Of a stretch of 64,000 nucleotides of DNA, positions 9,042 through 18,577 are shown piece after piece (the stretch's first letter is position 1; each line of letters starts with the position of its first letter). Source of the stretch: Eubacteriales bacterium (GTDB lineage Bacteria > Bacillota > Clostridia > Oscillospirales > CAG-382); NCBI GenBank assembly GCA_045637685.1, contig JAZTZW010000018.1:52004-116003 (forward strand), in the 5' to 3' direction. Position numbers and translations under genes: made by a program. The notes under the pieces are model-generated. The model searched no databases. It had not been told where the DNA came from and was given only the letters and a program-made list of their open reading frames with translations.

Positions 9042-10883
9042 TTAAATTCCGAAAATTCTTTTTCCGATAAGCATACCGAGCGTTATTTCGGCAACCGTCC
9101 AGCCGGTTTCGATACAGCAGGGACCCCAGCCGACGTCGTGCGGGATTCCGAAATATTCAAGCCGATTCAGGTCGATACCTCTGCACCAGCCGCCGTTGGT
9201 TTCTGCGCTTTCGGTTATAAGCTGTGTTTTTATAAAAAATTCGCAAATTTCGCGCCAAGCTTGATAAAAACAGCCGTCGTTCGTTATTAAAAACGCAACA
9301 GCAAAGCCGAGCGGGAGCCAATTTACCGAATATAGCAAATCCGCCACGGGGTCGCCGTTTTTCGCAAGGAGCGAGCATTCGCCGCCTTCGTTGTTAAAGC
9401 AGACCGCCTTGTAGCCGCTGTCCCATTCGGCATAACCGCCCGATTCGTGGCGGTGCTTTTGCAAATCGCGAAAAACGCGATAAAGCATTTCCTTGTGGTT
9501 TTCGGCACGCGTAACGCCGTAAAGCAAGGCGAGAGGGAGAATAAGTCTGCAAAGCTCGCTTGTTTCGCTGTGCTCGCGCACGGTTTCGGGGTATAGCGAC
9601 ATAAGCGTTTCGATACCGCGAACACCAACCGCTTTAAATTCCTCGTTGCCGCTTATAAGATAACCCAAAAGCAAAGCCGCGCTGTAATATGCGTTATAGT
9701 GCGCGCTTGCATAGCCCTGCTCCGCCTGCTTTAATTCAAAAACAGATTTGTTTTCACGCAGGAATTCAAGAATATCGGTGCGCATCGGGCGCAAGCCGTC
9801 CTTCGGGGTTGTTTTGCAAAGAAAATCAAGCGCGTTCAGCGCGTTTTGCTTGTATTTATCGGTCATATCGAAATACGAAGCCAACAAGGTCGGCATTATT
9901 GCGCGGGCAACGTCGTCCTGATAGCAAACGCCCCACGCCTCCTCCGACCAGCGCACCATATTTTCGAACTCGCCGCTGTGAACGGTTAAAGGTCCGTAGC
10001 AAAGCGAGAACATATTATCCGCGATGCTTCGAAGCTTTTCGTTTTGCGAAAACATAAACGCGCCCGCCGCCTCGCCCGTGCAATCGGTGCGCACAACGTT
10101 CGCGCCGATGCGTCTTCCGTCGGGGTGGATATTGTGGCTGAATCCTTCGCGTATGCCGTATTTTCCGTCGGGTGAAACGAGCTGTTTTTCCAAAAACGCA
10201 AGCGAGCGTTCGATACAGCCTGTTAGCTCGTCTTCGAAGCTTTTTTTAAGCACGCGCTTTACCGAAAGAGCGTTTTTGCTTGGTATTTCGGGTGCTTTTA
10301 GTCCCAAAAACCTAAAAATATACGCCGTAAGTGCATCAAACCGCGCCTTCGGTGCAAACGCGCCGTTTATATAATCGCAGAAACGGAATGCACATTGAAG
10401 AATATTCGAATATTTAAAAAGCGCGGGGGAATCGGTTTGTGCGACCGATTCGAGCCTATCGTGCGCGGGTGTGTATTTTTGCAAATAAAGCAGTATTTCG
10501 GTTTCGGGCATAAGAAAATGCGGGCGGATATACAAATTGTAATGCGGGTCCAAAAGCTCGTTTTGCTTAATATCTTCGCATATATCGCGCGCGGCGGCGA
10601 GCCTGTGGCAGGTAAGCCGTTCGGGCTGTGCCGAATAAATACAGCGAAACGATGCGACGTATTCCAAAAATATCGGCTTACCGCTTTCGGCAAAATGCTC
10701 GAGCCTTTCGCGCAGGTAGGGCGAAAGCATAATCGGCGCATCCTCCGTGCCGCCCAAAACTGCGACGGCGGAATAAACATTAAGCTCTGTTACTTCCTCG
10801 GGCGGAAGAATATCGCAATTTCCAAGCTTTTTGAAAAGCGAGGAAAGATTGCTGTTTTTTCGTGTTATTACAAGTGTTTTCAT
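9042..10883 (-). CDS. hypothetical two-domain protein (613 aa), C-terminal part possibly (alpha/alpha)-toroid glycosidase-like
   Basis: Long ORF translationally coupled (ATGA) to the upstream serine hydrolase. Helix-repeat-like C-terminal half rich in W/Y/G. No signature recognised. Confidence 0.7.
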   Translation of the reverse strand: MKTLVITRKNSNLSSLFKKLGNCDILPPEEVTELNVYSAVAVLGGTEDAPIMLSPYLRERLEHFAESGKPIFLEYVASFRCIYSAQPERLTCHRLAAARDICEDIKQNELLDPHYNLYIRPHFLMPETEILLYLQKYTPAHDRLESVAQTDSPALFKYSNILQCAFRFCDYINGAFAPKARFDALTAYIFRFLGLKAPEIPSKNALSVKRVLKKSFEDELTGCIERSLAFLEKQLVSPDGKYGIREGFSHNIHPDGRRIGANVVRTDCTGEAAGAFMFSQNEKLRSIADNMFSLCYGPLTVHSGEFENMVRWSEEAWGVCYQDDVARAIMPTLLASYFDMTDKYKQNALNALDFLCKTTPKDGLRPMRTDILEFLRENKSVFELKQAEQGYASAHYNAYYSAALLLGYLISGNEEFKAVGVRGIETLMSLYPETVREHSETSELCRLILPLALLYGVTRAENHKEMLYRVFRDLQKHRHESGGYAEWDSGYKAVCFNNEGGECSLLAKNGDPVADLLYSVNWLPLGFAVAFLITNDGCFYQAWREICEFFIKTQLITESAETNGGWCRGIDLNRLEYFGIPHDVGWGPCCIETGWTVAEITLGMLIGKRIFGI

Positions 10884-11788
10884 TTTTCTATCGTATGCTT
10901 TATAAGGATTTCGGAGAATTTCGCAACGTCGTTTTGCTCACAGCATTGTACCGCAAGCACAGCGTTTTCTTCGGGCAGAACTATCGAATACTGACCGTAA
11001 GCGCCGTCGGCACGGAACGAATTTTCGCGCTGGCCCACAAGCCAGAATTGGTAACCGTAGCCGCTGTGCCAAGGCGATTCGTGGCCGGTGTCTATCTGCT
11101 TGCTTCCCGCCTCGCTTACCCATTTTTCGGAAACAACACGCTTGCCGTTATAAACACCCTTGTTAAGGTAAAGCACGCCGAGCTTCATCATTTCGGTTAT
11201 GTCCAAATAAAGTCCGCTACCGCCGAATGCCGTGCCGTCGGGGTCGGTTTCCCAAGCGGGGAAGCCCATATCGAGCGGTGTGAAAATTTTGTCACAGCAA
11301 TATTTCAAAAGCGGCATTTTGCACGCCCTTTGCACCATACAGCCTGCCAAATGCGTGTCGCCGTTCGAATAAACGAACTTTTCGCCCGATTCGTATTTAA
11401 GCTCCTTCGAAAGCATATAGCCGATATAATCGGGGTAGCCTTCCAGCTTTCTGCGGTTGGCACTCATTAAAAACGCGCCGCCGAAGCCCGAGCTCATTGT
11501 TAAAAAATGGCGAAGCGTTATGCTTTTCACACGCTCGTCGGTAATAACCGAGGAATATTCGGGAAAAAGCTCGGAAACGGTGGTGTCGAGAGTAAGCAAG
11601 CCTTCGTCTATTGCAATACCCGCGGCGGTGGAAATAAAGCTTTTCGTGTGCGAATAAATAAGTCTCGGTCCTGCGGGGACAAAGCGGTGAACAAGCTTTA
11701 ATTCGCCGTCCTGCCAGAGCGCAACCGATTCTACGCCCGTGTTTTCGCGCTTTAATGCTTCGATGTAGTTGTTAACTCTGTTAAGCAT
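10880..11788 (-). CDS. beta-lactamase-related serine hydrolase (class C/esterase family)
   Basis: SxxK motif (YSHTKSF) near the N-terminus and a YSN-type motif (FVYSNGDTH). Start moved to the ATG at 11788, which has GGAG 9 nt upstream; the longer ORF to 11893 lacks an SD. Confidence 0.8.
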   Translation of the reverse strand: MLNRVNNYIEALKRENTGVESVALWQDGELKLVHRFVPAGPRLIYSHTKSFISTAAGIAIDEGLLTLDTTVSELFPEYSSVITDERVKSITLRHFLTMSSGFGGAFLMSANRRKLEGYPDYIGYMLSKELKYESGEKFVYSNGDTHLAGCMVQRACKMPLLKYCCDKIFTPLDMGFPAWETDPDGTAFGGSGLYLDITEMMKLGVLYLNKGVYNGKRVVSEKWVSEAGSKQIDTGHESPWHSGYGYQFWLVGQRENSFRADGAYGQYSIVLPEENAVLAVQCCEQNDVAKFSEILIKHTIEK

Positions 11789-11925
11789 AGTTTTACTCCA
11801 AATCAATCGATGTTTTTGCCAAGCGAGGGGAGCTGAAATTCTGTTATCCTGCATTTGATTATAACTGCGAAAGCTACGTTTGTCAACATTCAACCCATAG
11901 TTGAAATATGTCGTTTGCGAGGTTA

Positions 11926-11954
11926 TTGAAAAAGCGAAAATAAAATGTTATACT
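11926..11954 (+). promoter_or_regulatory. extended -10 sigma-70-type promoter of the HTH-TPR regulator
   Basis: TTGAAA-17nt-TATACT with TGn immediately upstream of the -10. Confidence 0.5.
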
Positions 11955-11994
11955 TGCACTATTATGAAAAACTATGAATATTTCGGGGTATAAA

Positions 11995-12816
11995 ATGAAC
12001 ATCGGTAACAAAATAAAGGAATTAAGAAAACAGCGCGGTATAACGCAGGAACAGCTTGCAACAAGCATCGGCATATCATTTCAGGCGGTGAGCAAGTGGG
12101 AAAATAACATCGCCCTGCCCGATATAACGCTTGCGCCGATGCTGGCAAGCTATTTCGGTGTTACGATGGACGAGCTTTTCGATTTTAATTTGCAGGAAAT
12201 CGAAGCAGAGGTAGAGCAAATTGCCGACGAGGCTTATAAATACCGCACGGGCGACCCTGAACGCAGCCGTAGTATTTTGGAAGAGGGCTTGCGCAAATAC
12301 CCCGAAAACGATATCCTTTTAAACAATCTGCTTTACGTTATCGATTATTCGAACAATCCCGATACCGCCATAGCGATTGCGAGCAAGCTTATCGAAAAGG
12401 CGACCGACCACGGCATTAAATACGACGCGTTGCGCTTTATGGCTTATGCTTATAAGGTAAAGGGCGACCTTCAAAGCGCGAAAATGGCGATAGAGCAGAT
12501 ACCCGAAATGTATTTTACCCGCCTTACCGAAACCGCCTATGTTTTAACCGGCGAGGAAAAGCAAGAAGCGGCGGAAAAGCAAAAATGGGTGTCGTTCGAA
12601 AACCTTATACAAATGATGTGGCACCTTGCCGAATGCTTCGAGGAAAAGAAAGATTATAAAAACGCCGTCGCAGAAACCGAAAAAGCACTTGCGCTTATAG
12701 CCATTGTGGGCGATTCCACGACCGATGCCAACTATTTTTACGAAAACTACGTAACCTTTTTCGAAAGTCAGATAGCAAGAATGACAGAGCTTTGCGCGGG
12801 AAGCACAACCCCTTGA
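11995..12816 (+). CDS. XRE-family HTH transcriptional regulator with C-terminal TPR domain
   Basis: N-terminal HTH_3 (IKELRKQRGITQEQLATSIGISFQAVSKWENN) followed by ~200 aa of TPR-like helical repeats. An alternative ATG lies at 11974. Confidence 0.85.
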   Translation: MNIGNKIKELRKQRGITQEQLATSIGISFQAVSKWENNIALPDITLAPMLASYFGVTMDELFDFNLQEIEAEVEQIADEAYKYRTGDPERSRSILEEGLRKYPENDILLNNLLYVIDYSNNPDTAIAIASKLIEKATDHGIKYDALRFMAYAYKVKGDLQSAKMAIEQIPEMYFTRLTETAYVLTGEEKQEAAEKQKWVSFENLIQMMWHLAECFEEKKDYKNAVAETEKALALIAIVGDSTTDANYFYENYVTFFESQIARMTELCAGSTTP

Positions 12817-12879
12817 CGGAAGCAAGAATATAATATATAATGTTACCGAAATAATAAATTGTTTGTTATGAGGTAGTAA

Positions 12880-13440
12880 ATGGCTAATTACATAAGCGAC
12901 AGCACGAAGATCGACCCGAACGACAAAAAGAAAAAGCAGATAACACCCGAAAAAATATACGATGCAATTTCAAATTCGAACAAGGGCGGCCTTTGGGGCG
13001 GTATAATTTTGTCGTTCGTAATTTTGATTATGATGCTTATATTTGTGCTTGTGGTCAATATCAGCGGTATGGAGCAAAAATGGGCAACGCTTGTAAATAT
13101 GTTGCTGTTAAGCGTTCCGCTTGCGATGGTTATGATTTTCCTTTATTTGTATTACCGCGACACGAAAATGCTCGCGGAGGGCGGTTATAAAATAATTACG
13201 GATACTGCAGAACGCGTCGTTACCGACGACAGATACGTACGCTACGGAAGACATTCGTACATGGAGCACGCGATGTATCTTTACAATTGCGGCAGAGTTG
13301 TAATCTCGCTTCAGGAAACCTACACAAACAGCGAAGGCGATACATTTTACGTCGTAGTATCCAAAAAGCGCCCGCGAACTGCCTTGTTTGCATATAATTC
13401 GAAATATTACGAATTGGTCGATTTAAAGGTCGAGCAGTAA
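12880..13440 (+). CDS. hypothetical membrane protein, paralog 1 (186 aa)
   Basis: SD GAGGTAG upstream. Basic N-terminus, two hydrophobic helices, ~95-aa C-terminal domain. Alignable along its length with 13453-13986. Confidence 0.7.
   Translation: MANYISDSTKIDPNDKKKKQITPEKIYDAISNSNKGGLWGGIILSFVILIMMLIFVLVVNISGMEQKWATLVNMLLLSVPLAMVMIFLYLYYRDTKMLAEGGYKIITDTAERVVTDDRYVRYGRHSYMEHAMYLYNCGRVVISLQETYTNSEGDTFYVVVSKKRPRTALFAYNSKYYELVDLKVEQ
13393..13424 (+). repeat. 32-nt stretch identical to 13939-13970 (3' ends of the two paralogs)
   Basis: tataattcgaaatattacgaattggtcgattt is present in both genes. Confidence 0.9.
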
Positions 13441-13452
13441 AGAGGGGCAAAA

Positions 13453-13986
13453 ATGGGAAATTACAAAAGCAACAGCACAAAAAGCGACTATTCCGACGGC
13501 AAAAGAAAAATAACGCCGAAAATGATATATGATCATTTCGAAAAGCCGGCAAAGCAATCGGTCTGGGCGTGCCCTTTAATGAGCGTTTTATTTACAATTT
13601 TGGCGTTAATTATAGATGAAACGGTATTAAGCGTGGTGCTTTATTTCTTTGCCGTTCTTTTTCTTGTGATGGGCTGTTTAAATTACTTTAGTGTAATGAA
13701 AATGCTGAAAAACGGCGAATTGATGATTATTACCGATAAGGTCGAACGGGTCGCTCCCGAAGAAAAAATGAAGGTAAGACTGCACGGAAATTATGCATCG
13801 GTCAACGTGCAGCATGCAATTTATCTCGAAAAGTGTGGAAGAGTGCTCGTTACTTACGGAGAAACCAATACGAACAGCGTGGGCGATATATTCTTTGTTG
13901 TGGTAACAAAAACACACCCCACGACCCCCTTGCTTACGTATAATTCGAAATATTACGAATTGGTCGATTTGAACACCGAGCAATAA
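13453..13986 (+). CDS. hypothetical membrane protein, paralog 2 (177 aa)
   Basis: Same architecture as 12880-13440. Shares the N-terminal pattern M-x-NY-x-S-x-STK-x-D and the C-terminal YNSKYYELVDL. Confidence 0.7.
   Translation: MGNYKSNSTKSDYSDGKRKITPKMIYDHFEKPAKQSVWACPLMSVLFTILALIIDETVLSVVLYFFAVLFLVMGCLNYFSVMKMLKNGELMIITDKVERVAPEEKMKVRLHGNYASVNVQHAIYLEKCGRVLVTYGETNTNSVGDIFFVVVTKTHPTTPLLTYNSKYYELVDLNTEQ
13939..13970 (+). repeat. 32-nt stretch identical to 13393-13424
   Basis: Second copy of tataattcgaaatattacgaattggtcgattt. Confidence 0.9.
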
Positions 13987-13990
13987 ATAA

Positions 13991-14016
13991 AAAACGGTTG
14001 CAACGCAACCGTTTTC
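13991..14016. terminator. bidirectional terminator hairpin
   Basis: aaaacggttg-caacg-caaccgtttt between convergent genes. Confidence 0.6.
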
Positions 14017-14017
14017 T

Positions 14018-14644
14018 TTATTCCTTTATAACCTTAACAAGCAGTAATTTGCCTTCTTTTACGCTTATTTCGGCGGTTTTGCCCTTTATTACCTCGTTGC
14101 TTATGCCGTATTGGTATTCGGGTGAAATTTCGGCGTTTTCAAGCGGGAATTTTGCGTTTTTCACGGTTATTCCCTTTGCCGTACCGTCGATGGCAAGGAG
14201 CGAAAAATAGGGGTAGCTGTCATCGACAAGCGCTGTTTTATTTGAAATTATTTCAAGCTCGGAATAATCGTCGATAATGCTCGCGCTTTTGCCTAAAGCG
14301 TGCAAATATAAAAGCGCCGAAATATTTCCGAGGCTGTGGTCGAAGCGTTTACCGAGCGCGCCGATAAGCAAAAAATCGTCAAACCCGCGCCGTATTGCCT
14401 CTTTTATTGCGAAAAAGGTATCGGTATCGTCCTTTTCGCGGGGGAGCACTATCGTTTCTGCTTCGCTGTTCGGGTTTTTATAGGAATCGAAATCGCCGAC
14501 AATAAGGCTTGGGGTAACACCCAAACCGTCTAAATGCTTAAGCCCCGAATCGCAGAAAATATAAAAGTCTTGTTTACTAAGACGCTTGTTTATAAAGCCG
14601 TAATCGGCTATCGGCGCACCGCCGACGATAACGCATTTTTTCAT
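14018..14644 (-). CDS. thiN: thiamine pyrophosphokinase
   Basis: 208 aa with the typical TPK N-terminus (VIVGGAP...) and the GDFDS motif. Confidence 0.8.
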   Translation of the reverse strand: MKKCVIVGGAPIADYGFINKRLSKQDFYIFCDSGLKHLDGLGVTPSLIVGDFDSYKNPNSEAETIVLPREKDDTDTFFAIKEAIRRGFDDFLLIGALGKRFDHSLGNISALLYLHALGKSASIIDDYSELEIISNKTALVDDSYPYFSLLAIDGTAKGITVKNAKFPLENAEISPEYQYGISNEVIKGKTAEISVKEGKLLLVKVIKE

Positions 14645-14649
14645 AAATC

Positions 14650-15852
14650 CTAATCGAAATATCCTTTATATTTAATGCTTAAATTGCTGTCTTTAAAGAG
14701 GTGCGAATAAAGGTCGACAAAATAATCGTCCGTCATACTTGCGATATAATCGACAACTATTAAATTCGGCTCGGTTTTGCAATAGGGAACTGCACGCTTG
14801 TAGTACGGCTTGTCTACCACCGCGATATGGTGGGTGAATATCGGCGATTGGGTATTTTTGTTTATCAAATCGCAAAGCAATCGCTCGTAAAGCTCGCGCA
14901 TCATCGGGCGGACGGTGTTATTTAGCATATCCTCGACCGCTTTTGTGGTGTAAATCTGCTCGTAGTTATCGGTTTTCGCCTTTTTCAGCGCGGCAAAATG
15001 CGCCTTATCCATTTTAATATAACGCTTGCCGTAGCTGTGCGCGACTATGTTTACCGTCATATTGTTTATGATTTCGGAATTGTGCTTGCCTATCGCGCCG
15101 TCGTCGAAGCTTTCGCTTTCGTTAAGCTTTGCTCTTTCGGCGTCCTGCCTATCCTTGCCGAGGTATGCGATAATGTCCGAAATGCGCACAACACAGCCCT
15201 CGAGCGTGGCGGGGACAAGACGTTTTACGTTCGCTTTGTCGGCATAGCAGGCTTCGATTTGGTTGTCGAACTCCAAAAAGCTTTCAAGCGGCATTGGGGT
15301 GTATTTCTCAAGCTCCATTTCGCCGTCATGCGCGGCAATACCGTTTAACGTTTGCAACGTGAGGTTGAGAGGGAATATTTTATCGAGCACGCGCACCGAA
15401 TGGATATTGTGCGAAAAACGCCTGCCCGTGTGGAGCGAATACAGCTCATCGAGATAGGTTTCGCCCTTGTGGCCGAATGGGGTGTGGCCTATATCGTGCC
15501 CAAGCGCGATAGCCTCGATAAGGTCGGGGTTAAGATTCAACGCCTGCCCGATAGTGCGCGCAATACGCGAAACGAGCTGAACGTGGAGCGCGCGCCTTGT
15601 AATATCGTCGTTTTTATAGAACGAAAAAACTTGCGTTTTGTCGGCATAGCGGTTATAATAGGGACAATGCAGAATTTTTTCGGCATCGCGCACGAACGCG
15701 CTCCGCAAAATCGTGGCTTGGTCGTGGTCGGGGTCGCGGCGCAAAGCGTTAATGCTTTCGAACGCAACTCGGGGAAGTGTGCCGTGTATGCGGTCATCTT
15801 TTATCTTGTTTTCAATCTCTTCGGGTAACTTTTCGTAAAACATTTTTACCAC
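14650..15852 (-). CDS. HD-domain dNTP triphosphohydrolase-like protein (dGTPase family)
   Basis: HD motif LGHDIGHTPFGH and HNIHSVRV. 400 aa. Confidence 0.85.
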   Translation of the reverse strand: MVKMFYEKLPEEIENKIKDDRIHGTLPRVAFESINALRRDPDHDQATILRSAFVRDAEKILHCPYYNRYADKTQVFSFYKNDDITRRALHVQLVSRIARTIGQALNLNPDLIEAIALGHDIGHTPFGHKGETYLDELYSLHTGRRFSHNIHSVRVLDKIFPLNLTLQTLNGIAAHDGEMELEKYTPMPLESFLEFDNQIEACYADKANVKRLVPATLEGCVVRISDIIAYLGKDRQDAERAKLNESESFDDGAIGKHNSEIINNMTVNIVAHSYGKRYIKMDKAHFAALKKAKTDNYEQIYTTKAVEDMLNNTVRPMMRELYERLLCDLINKNTQSPIFTHHIAVVDKPYYKRAVPYCKTEPNLIVVDYIASMTDDYFVDLYSHLFKDSNLSIKYKGYFD

Positions 15853-15902
15853 CTCGCTCTATTCTAACATAAAAAATTCAATAAAGCAACAAGGATATAA
15901 TT

Positions 15903-16442
15903 ATGGACACTTATCAGATAATCGCACAATCCGTCGGCATCGTCGCGATGGCTTTGAACATCATTTCCTACCAGATGAAAAAGCAAAAAAGCATTATTGT
16001 AATGCAGTTCTTCGGCGCGGCGCTTTTTACCGTTAATATGTTTATGATAGGCGCGATAGTCGGCGGGTTTTTAAACGCCGTCGGTGCAATCCGCGCGATA
16101 ATTTATTCGAACAAGCAAAAATTCCGTGCCGATAGGTTTATATGGGTTTTGGGCTTCGGCGCGCTTTATCTTGTTTCTTACGCACTTACCTTTTTGGTGT
16201 TCGATAAAGAGCCGACATCGCTTAATCTTATCGTTGAATTCCTTCCGATTATCGGTATGTTTGCAACGGGTATCGGCTTTTATTTAAAGGAAGCGCGCTC
16301 GGTGCGCAGAGCGGGGCTGGTAAGCTCGCCCTCTTGGCTGGTTTACAACATTTTCAATTTTGCAATAGGCGGCATAGTTTGCGAAATTCTCGCGCTTATT
16401 TCGATAATAACCGCGATGTACCGTCTGGACAGAAAGAAATAA
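15903..16442 (+). CDS. YgjV-family inner membrane protein
   Basis: 179 aa with 5-6 hydrophobic helices and a YgjV-like N-terminus (IAQSVGIVAMALNIISYQMKK). Confidence 0.7.
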   Translation: MDTYQIIAQSVGIVAMALNIISYQMKKQKSIIVMQFFGAALFTVNMFMIGAIVGGFLNAVGAIRAIIYSNKQKFRADRFIWVLGFGALYLVSYALTFLVFDKEPTSLNLIVEFLPIIGMFATGIGFYLKEARSVRRAGLVSSPSWLVYNIFNFAIGGIVCEILALISIITAMYRLDRKK

Positions 16443-16447
16443 ATATT

Positions 16448-16480
16448 AAAACGGCTTGGTCAAGCACCAAGCCGTTTTTT
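16448..16480. terminator. bidirectional terminator hairpin
   Basis: aaaacggcttggt-caagc-accaagccgtttttt between convergent genes. Confidence 0.65.
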
Positions 16481-16481
16481 G

Positions 16482-17279
16482 TTATTCAAGCTCACATATA
16501 CCGCAAACCGGTGCAACTTTAAGCTTTAGGCTGTTAACCGATTCGGTATTTACCTCGAAGCCGTTTTCGTGAAGCGAAACAAGGCTTTCGTTATAGGCGA
16601 TTTCGGGGCGGTTGTTTTCCTCGCTTAAGTGGGCAAGTGCGAACGAACGCGTTCCGTGTTTTGCGAGATGCGGCAAAAGCCTTGCGCAAAGCTCGTTCGA
16701 AAGGTGGCCCCGTTCGCCGAGAATGCGTTGCTTTAATTGATAGGGGTAGGAGCCGCCTTTAAGCATTTCTATATCGTGGTTCGATTCGATAACCACGCGC
16801 TCGCAACCCGAAAGTCCGCGAAGCACGTTTTCGGAAAGGTGGCCTATATCGGTAAAATAGCCGATTTTTTCCTCGCCCGCGCGGATACGGAAGCCAACGC
16901 TTCCGCGCGCATCGTGGGGGGTGGCAACGGGGCAAAGCGCAAGGCTTTTAAGCTCTATTGCTTTTCCCGAATTCAGCGCGATAAGCGGTTTTTCGGGCGG
17001 CATACGCTCGTAAATACAGTTGCAGCTCGCCTCGGGCGCATATATGGGAATATTGTAATATTTCGTTATTGTGCCAAGCCCGCATATATGGTCGCCGTGC
17101 TCGTGCGTGATAAAAATTGCGGATATGTTTTTAAGGCTCGTGCCCAAAAGCCCAAGCGAATTTTCGATAGACCTTGCCGAAACGCCGCAATCTATAAGTA
17201 TTTCGTCGTCGCCGTATTTAATATAACAGCTGTTTCCCTTTGAAGAGGAAAAAAGGGTATAGACCTTTGCTTTTTCCAT
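16482..17279 (-). CDS. MBL-fold metallo-hydrolase (YycJ-like)
   Basis: HxHxDH motif (THEHGDH). 265 aa. Confidence 0.85.
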   Translation of the reverse strand: MEKAKVYTLFSSSKGNSCYIKYGDDEILIDCGVSARSIENSLGLLGTSLKNISAIFITHEHGDHICGLGTITKYYNIPIYAPEASCNCIYERMPPEKPLIALNSGKAIELKSLALCPVATPHDARGSVGFRIRAGEEKIGYFTDIGHLSENVLRGLSGCERVVIESNHDIEMLKGGSYPYQLKQRILGERGHLSNELCARLLPHLAKHGTRSFALAHLSEENNRPEIAYNESLVSLHENGFEVNTESVNSLKLKVAPVCGICELE

Positions 17280-17288
17280 ATCGGGATA

Positions 17289-18572
17289 TCAGCCCTTTAT
17301 TTCGTTTTCGGTTACTACCGAGGCGCCGTAGGGGCGAATGGTATAAACCTGACAGCTGTTTTCGCCGAAAATCGATTCAACAGCCTTTTTGTATTCGGCA
17401 ACCTTTTCGGTTTTTATGTACGCCTGCACCGTGCCCGCAAAGCCGCCGCCGTGAACACGGCAGGTCGCGCCGAAGCGTTCGGTTATTGCCAGCGCGAGCG
17501 AAATGCCCTGCTCGTCTACATTTTTGTTGGTATAAACGTTTTGCAGGAATTTAAACGAGGAATCGCCCGAAAGCTTTACGTATTTAAGATATTCGTCGAA
17601 ATCCCCGCGCGAAAGTGCCGATTTTTGTGCGTCGACACGCTTGTTTTCGGCAAAATAATGCATCGCGCGCATTATCGCTCTGTCGCCTACTATCGAGCGC
17701 ATATAGGAAATGCGGCACATAAAATCCTCTTCATCGCAGGAACGAAGCATGCTTTTGCCCATAAGCGCGGCAACCGATTTCATTTCGGCGGGAACGGACG
17801 CGTAATCATCGGTAAGGTCGGCGTGGTTGCCGCCCGTGTTTACTATGCAAAGGCTGTATCCGTATTTGCCGAGGTCGAAATCTATCTTTTCGGTTTTGGG
17901 GTCGAGGCTGTTTTCAAAATCCATCCAAAGGCATCCGCCCGAAGCGCACGCCGCCTGATCCATAAGTCCGCAGGGCTTGCCGAAATATTCGTTTTCGGCA
18001 TATTTGCCTGCCTTTGCAAGCTCCATAGCCGAAACCTTACCCTCGTTGTAGAATTCCGAGAATATGCGCGCACACATAACCTCGAACGCGGCAGAGGAGG
18101 AAAGCCCCGAGCCTGTCATAACGTCGCTTGTGGTATAGGCGCAAAATCCGCCGCTTTTGTAATTATGCTTGTTGAAATAATCGGCAATTCCCGCAATTAT
18201 AGCCGAGGAGCTGCCCTTGCGCACGTTATCGGGCGAGGGCGAGGAAATATCCACCGCATCCTCGCGGTAGCCAACCGATTTGATTTTCACGGTATCGCCT
18301 TCGACCTTTGCGGCGATAGCGATTATGTCGATATCGACCGAAGCGGCAAGCACTCTGCCGTTGTTGTGGTCGGTGTGGTTGCCCGAAAGCTCGGTTCTGC
18401 CGGGGACAGAGAAAAGCGCGATGTCGAGGTCGCCGTAAAGCTCGACAAAATCGTTCGCGAGCTTAAGAATGCGCTCTTTTCTGTCGGAAATATCCTTGTT
18501 GGGATAGAGCGATTTAATGCTGTTATCGTATCTGCCGTCGGTTACGGCTTTTATAAATTGGCTTGCCTGCAT
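17289..18572 (-). CDS. galK: galactokinase-family GHMP kinase
   Basis: GRTELSGNHTDHNNG galactokinase signature and GHMP motif GSGLSSSAA. 427 aa. Confidence 0.8.
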   Translation of the reverse strand: MQASQFIKAVTDGRYDNSIKSLYPNKDISDRKERILKLANDFVELYGDLDIALFSVPGRTELSGNHTDHNNGRVLAASVDIDIIAIAAKVEGDTVKIKSVGYREDAVDISSPSPDNVRKGSSSAIIAGIADYFNKHNYKSGGFCAYTTSDVMTGSGLSSSAAFEVMCARIFSEFYNEGKVSAMELAKAGKYAENEYFGKPCGLMDQAACASGGCLWMDFENSLDPKTEKIDFDLGKYGYSLCIVNTGGNHADLTDDYASVPAEMKSVAALMGKSMLRSCDEEDFMCRISYMRSIVGDRAIMRAMHYFAENKRVDAQKSALSRGDFDEYLKYVKLSGDSSFKFLQNVYTNKNVDEQGISLALAITERFGATCRVHGGGFAGTVQAYIKTEKVAEYKKAVESIFGENSCQVYTIRPYGASVVTENEIKG

Positions 18573-18577
18573 AGCTT

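Noticed and set aside
11908-11943. 11-codon micro-ORF (MSFARLLKKRK) upstream of the HTH-TPR regulator, considered as a possible RRNPP signalling propeptide.
   Set aside because: It has no SD, it overlaps the predicted -35 of the regulator promoter, and it is extremely basic with no hydrophobic or secretion features. Nothing distinguishes it from chance.
14650-15852. The HD-domain dGTPase-like protein, considered as an anti-phage nucleotide-depletion defence gene.
   Set aside because: It sits in a tight operon with thiamine pyrophosphokinase in a housekeeping context, with no mobile or defence-island neighbours. This is consistent with the widespread housekeeping dNTPase homolog.
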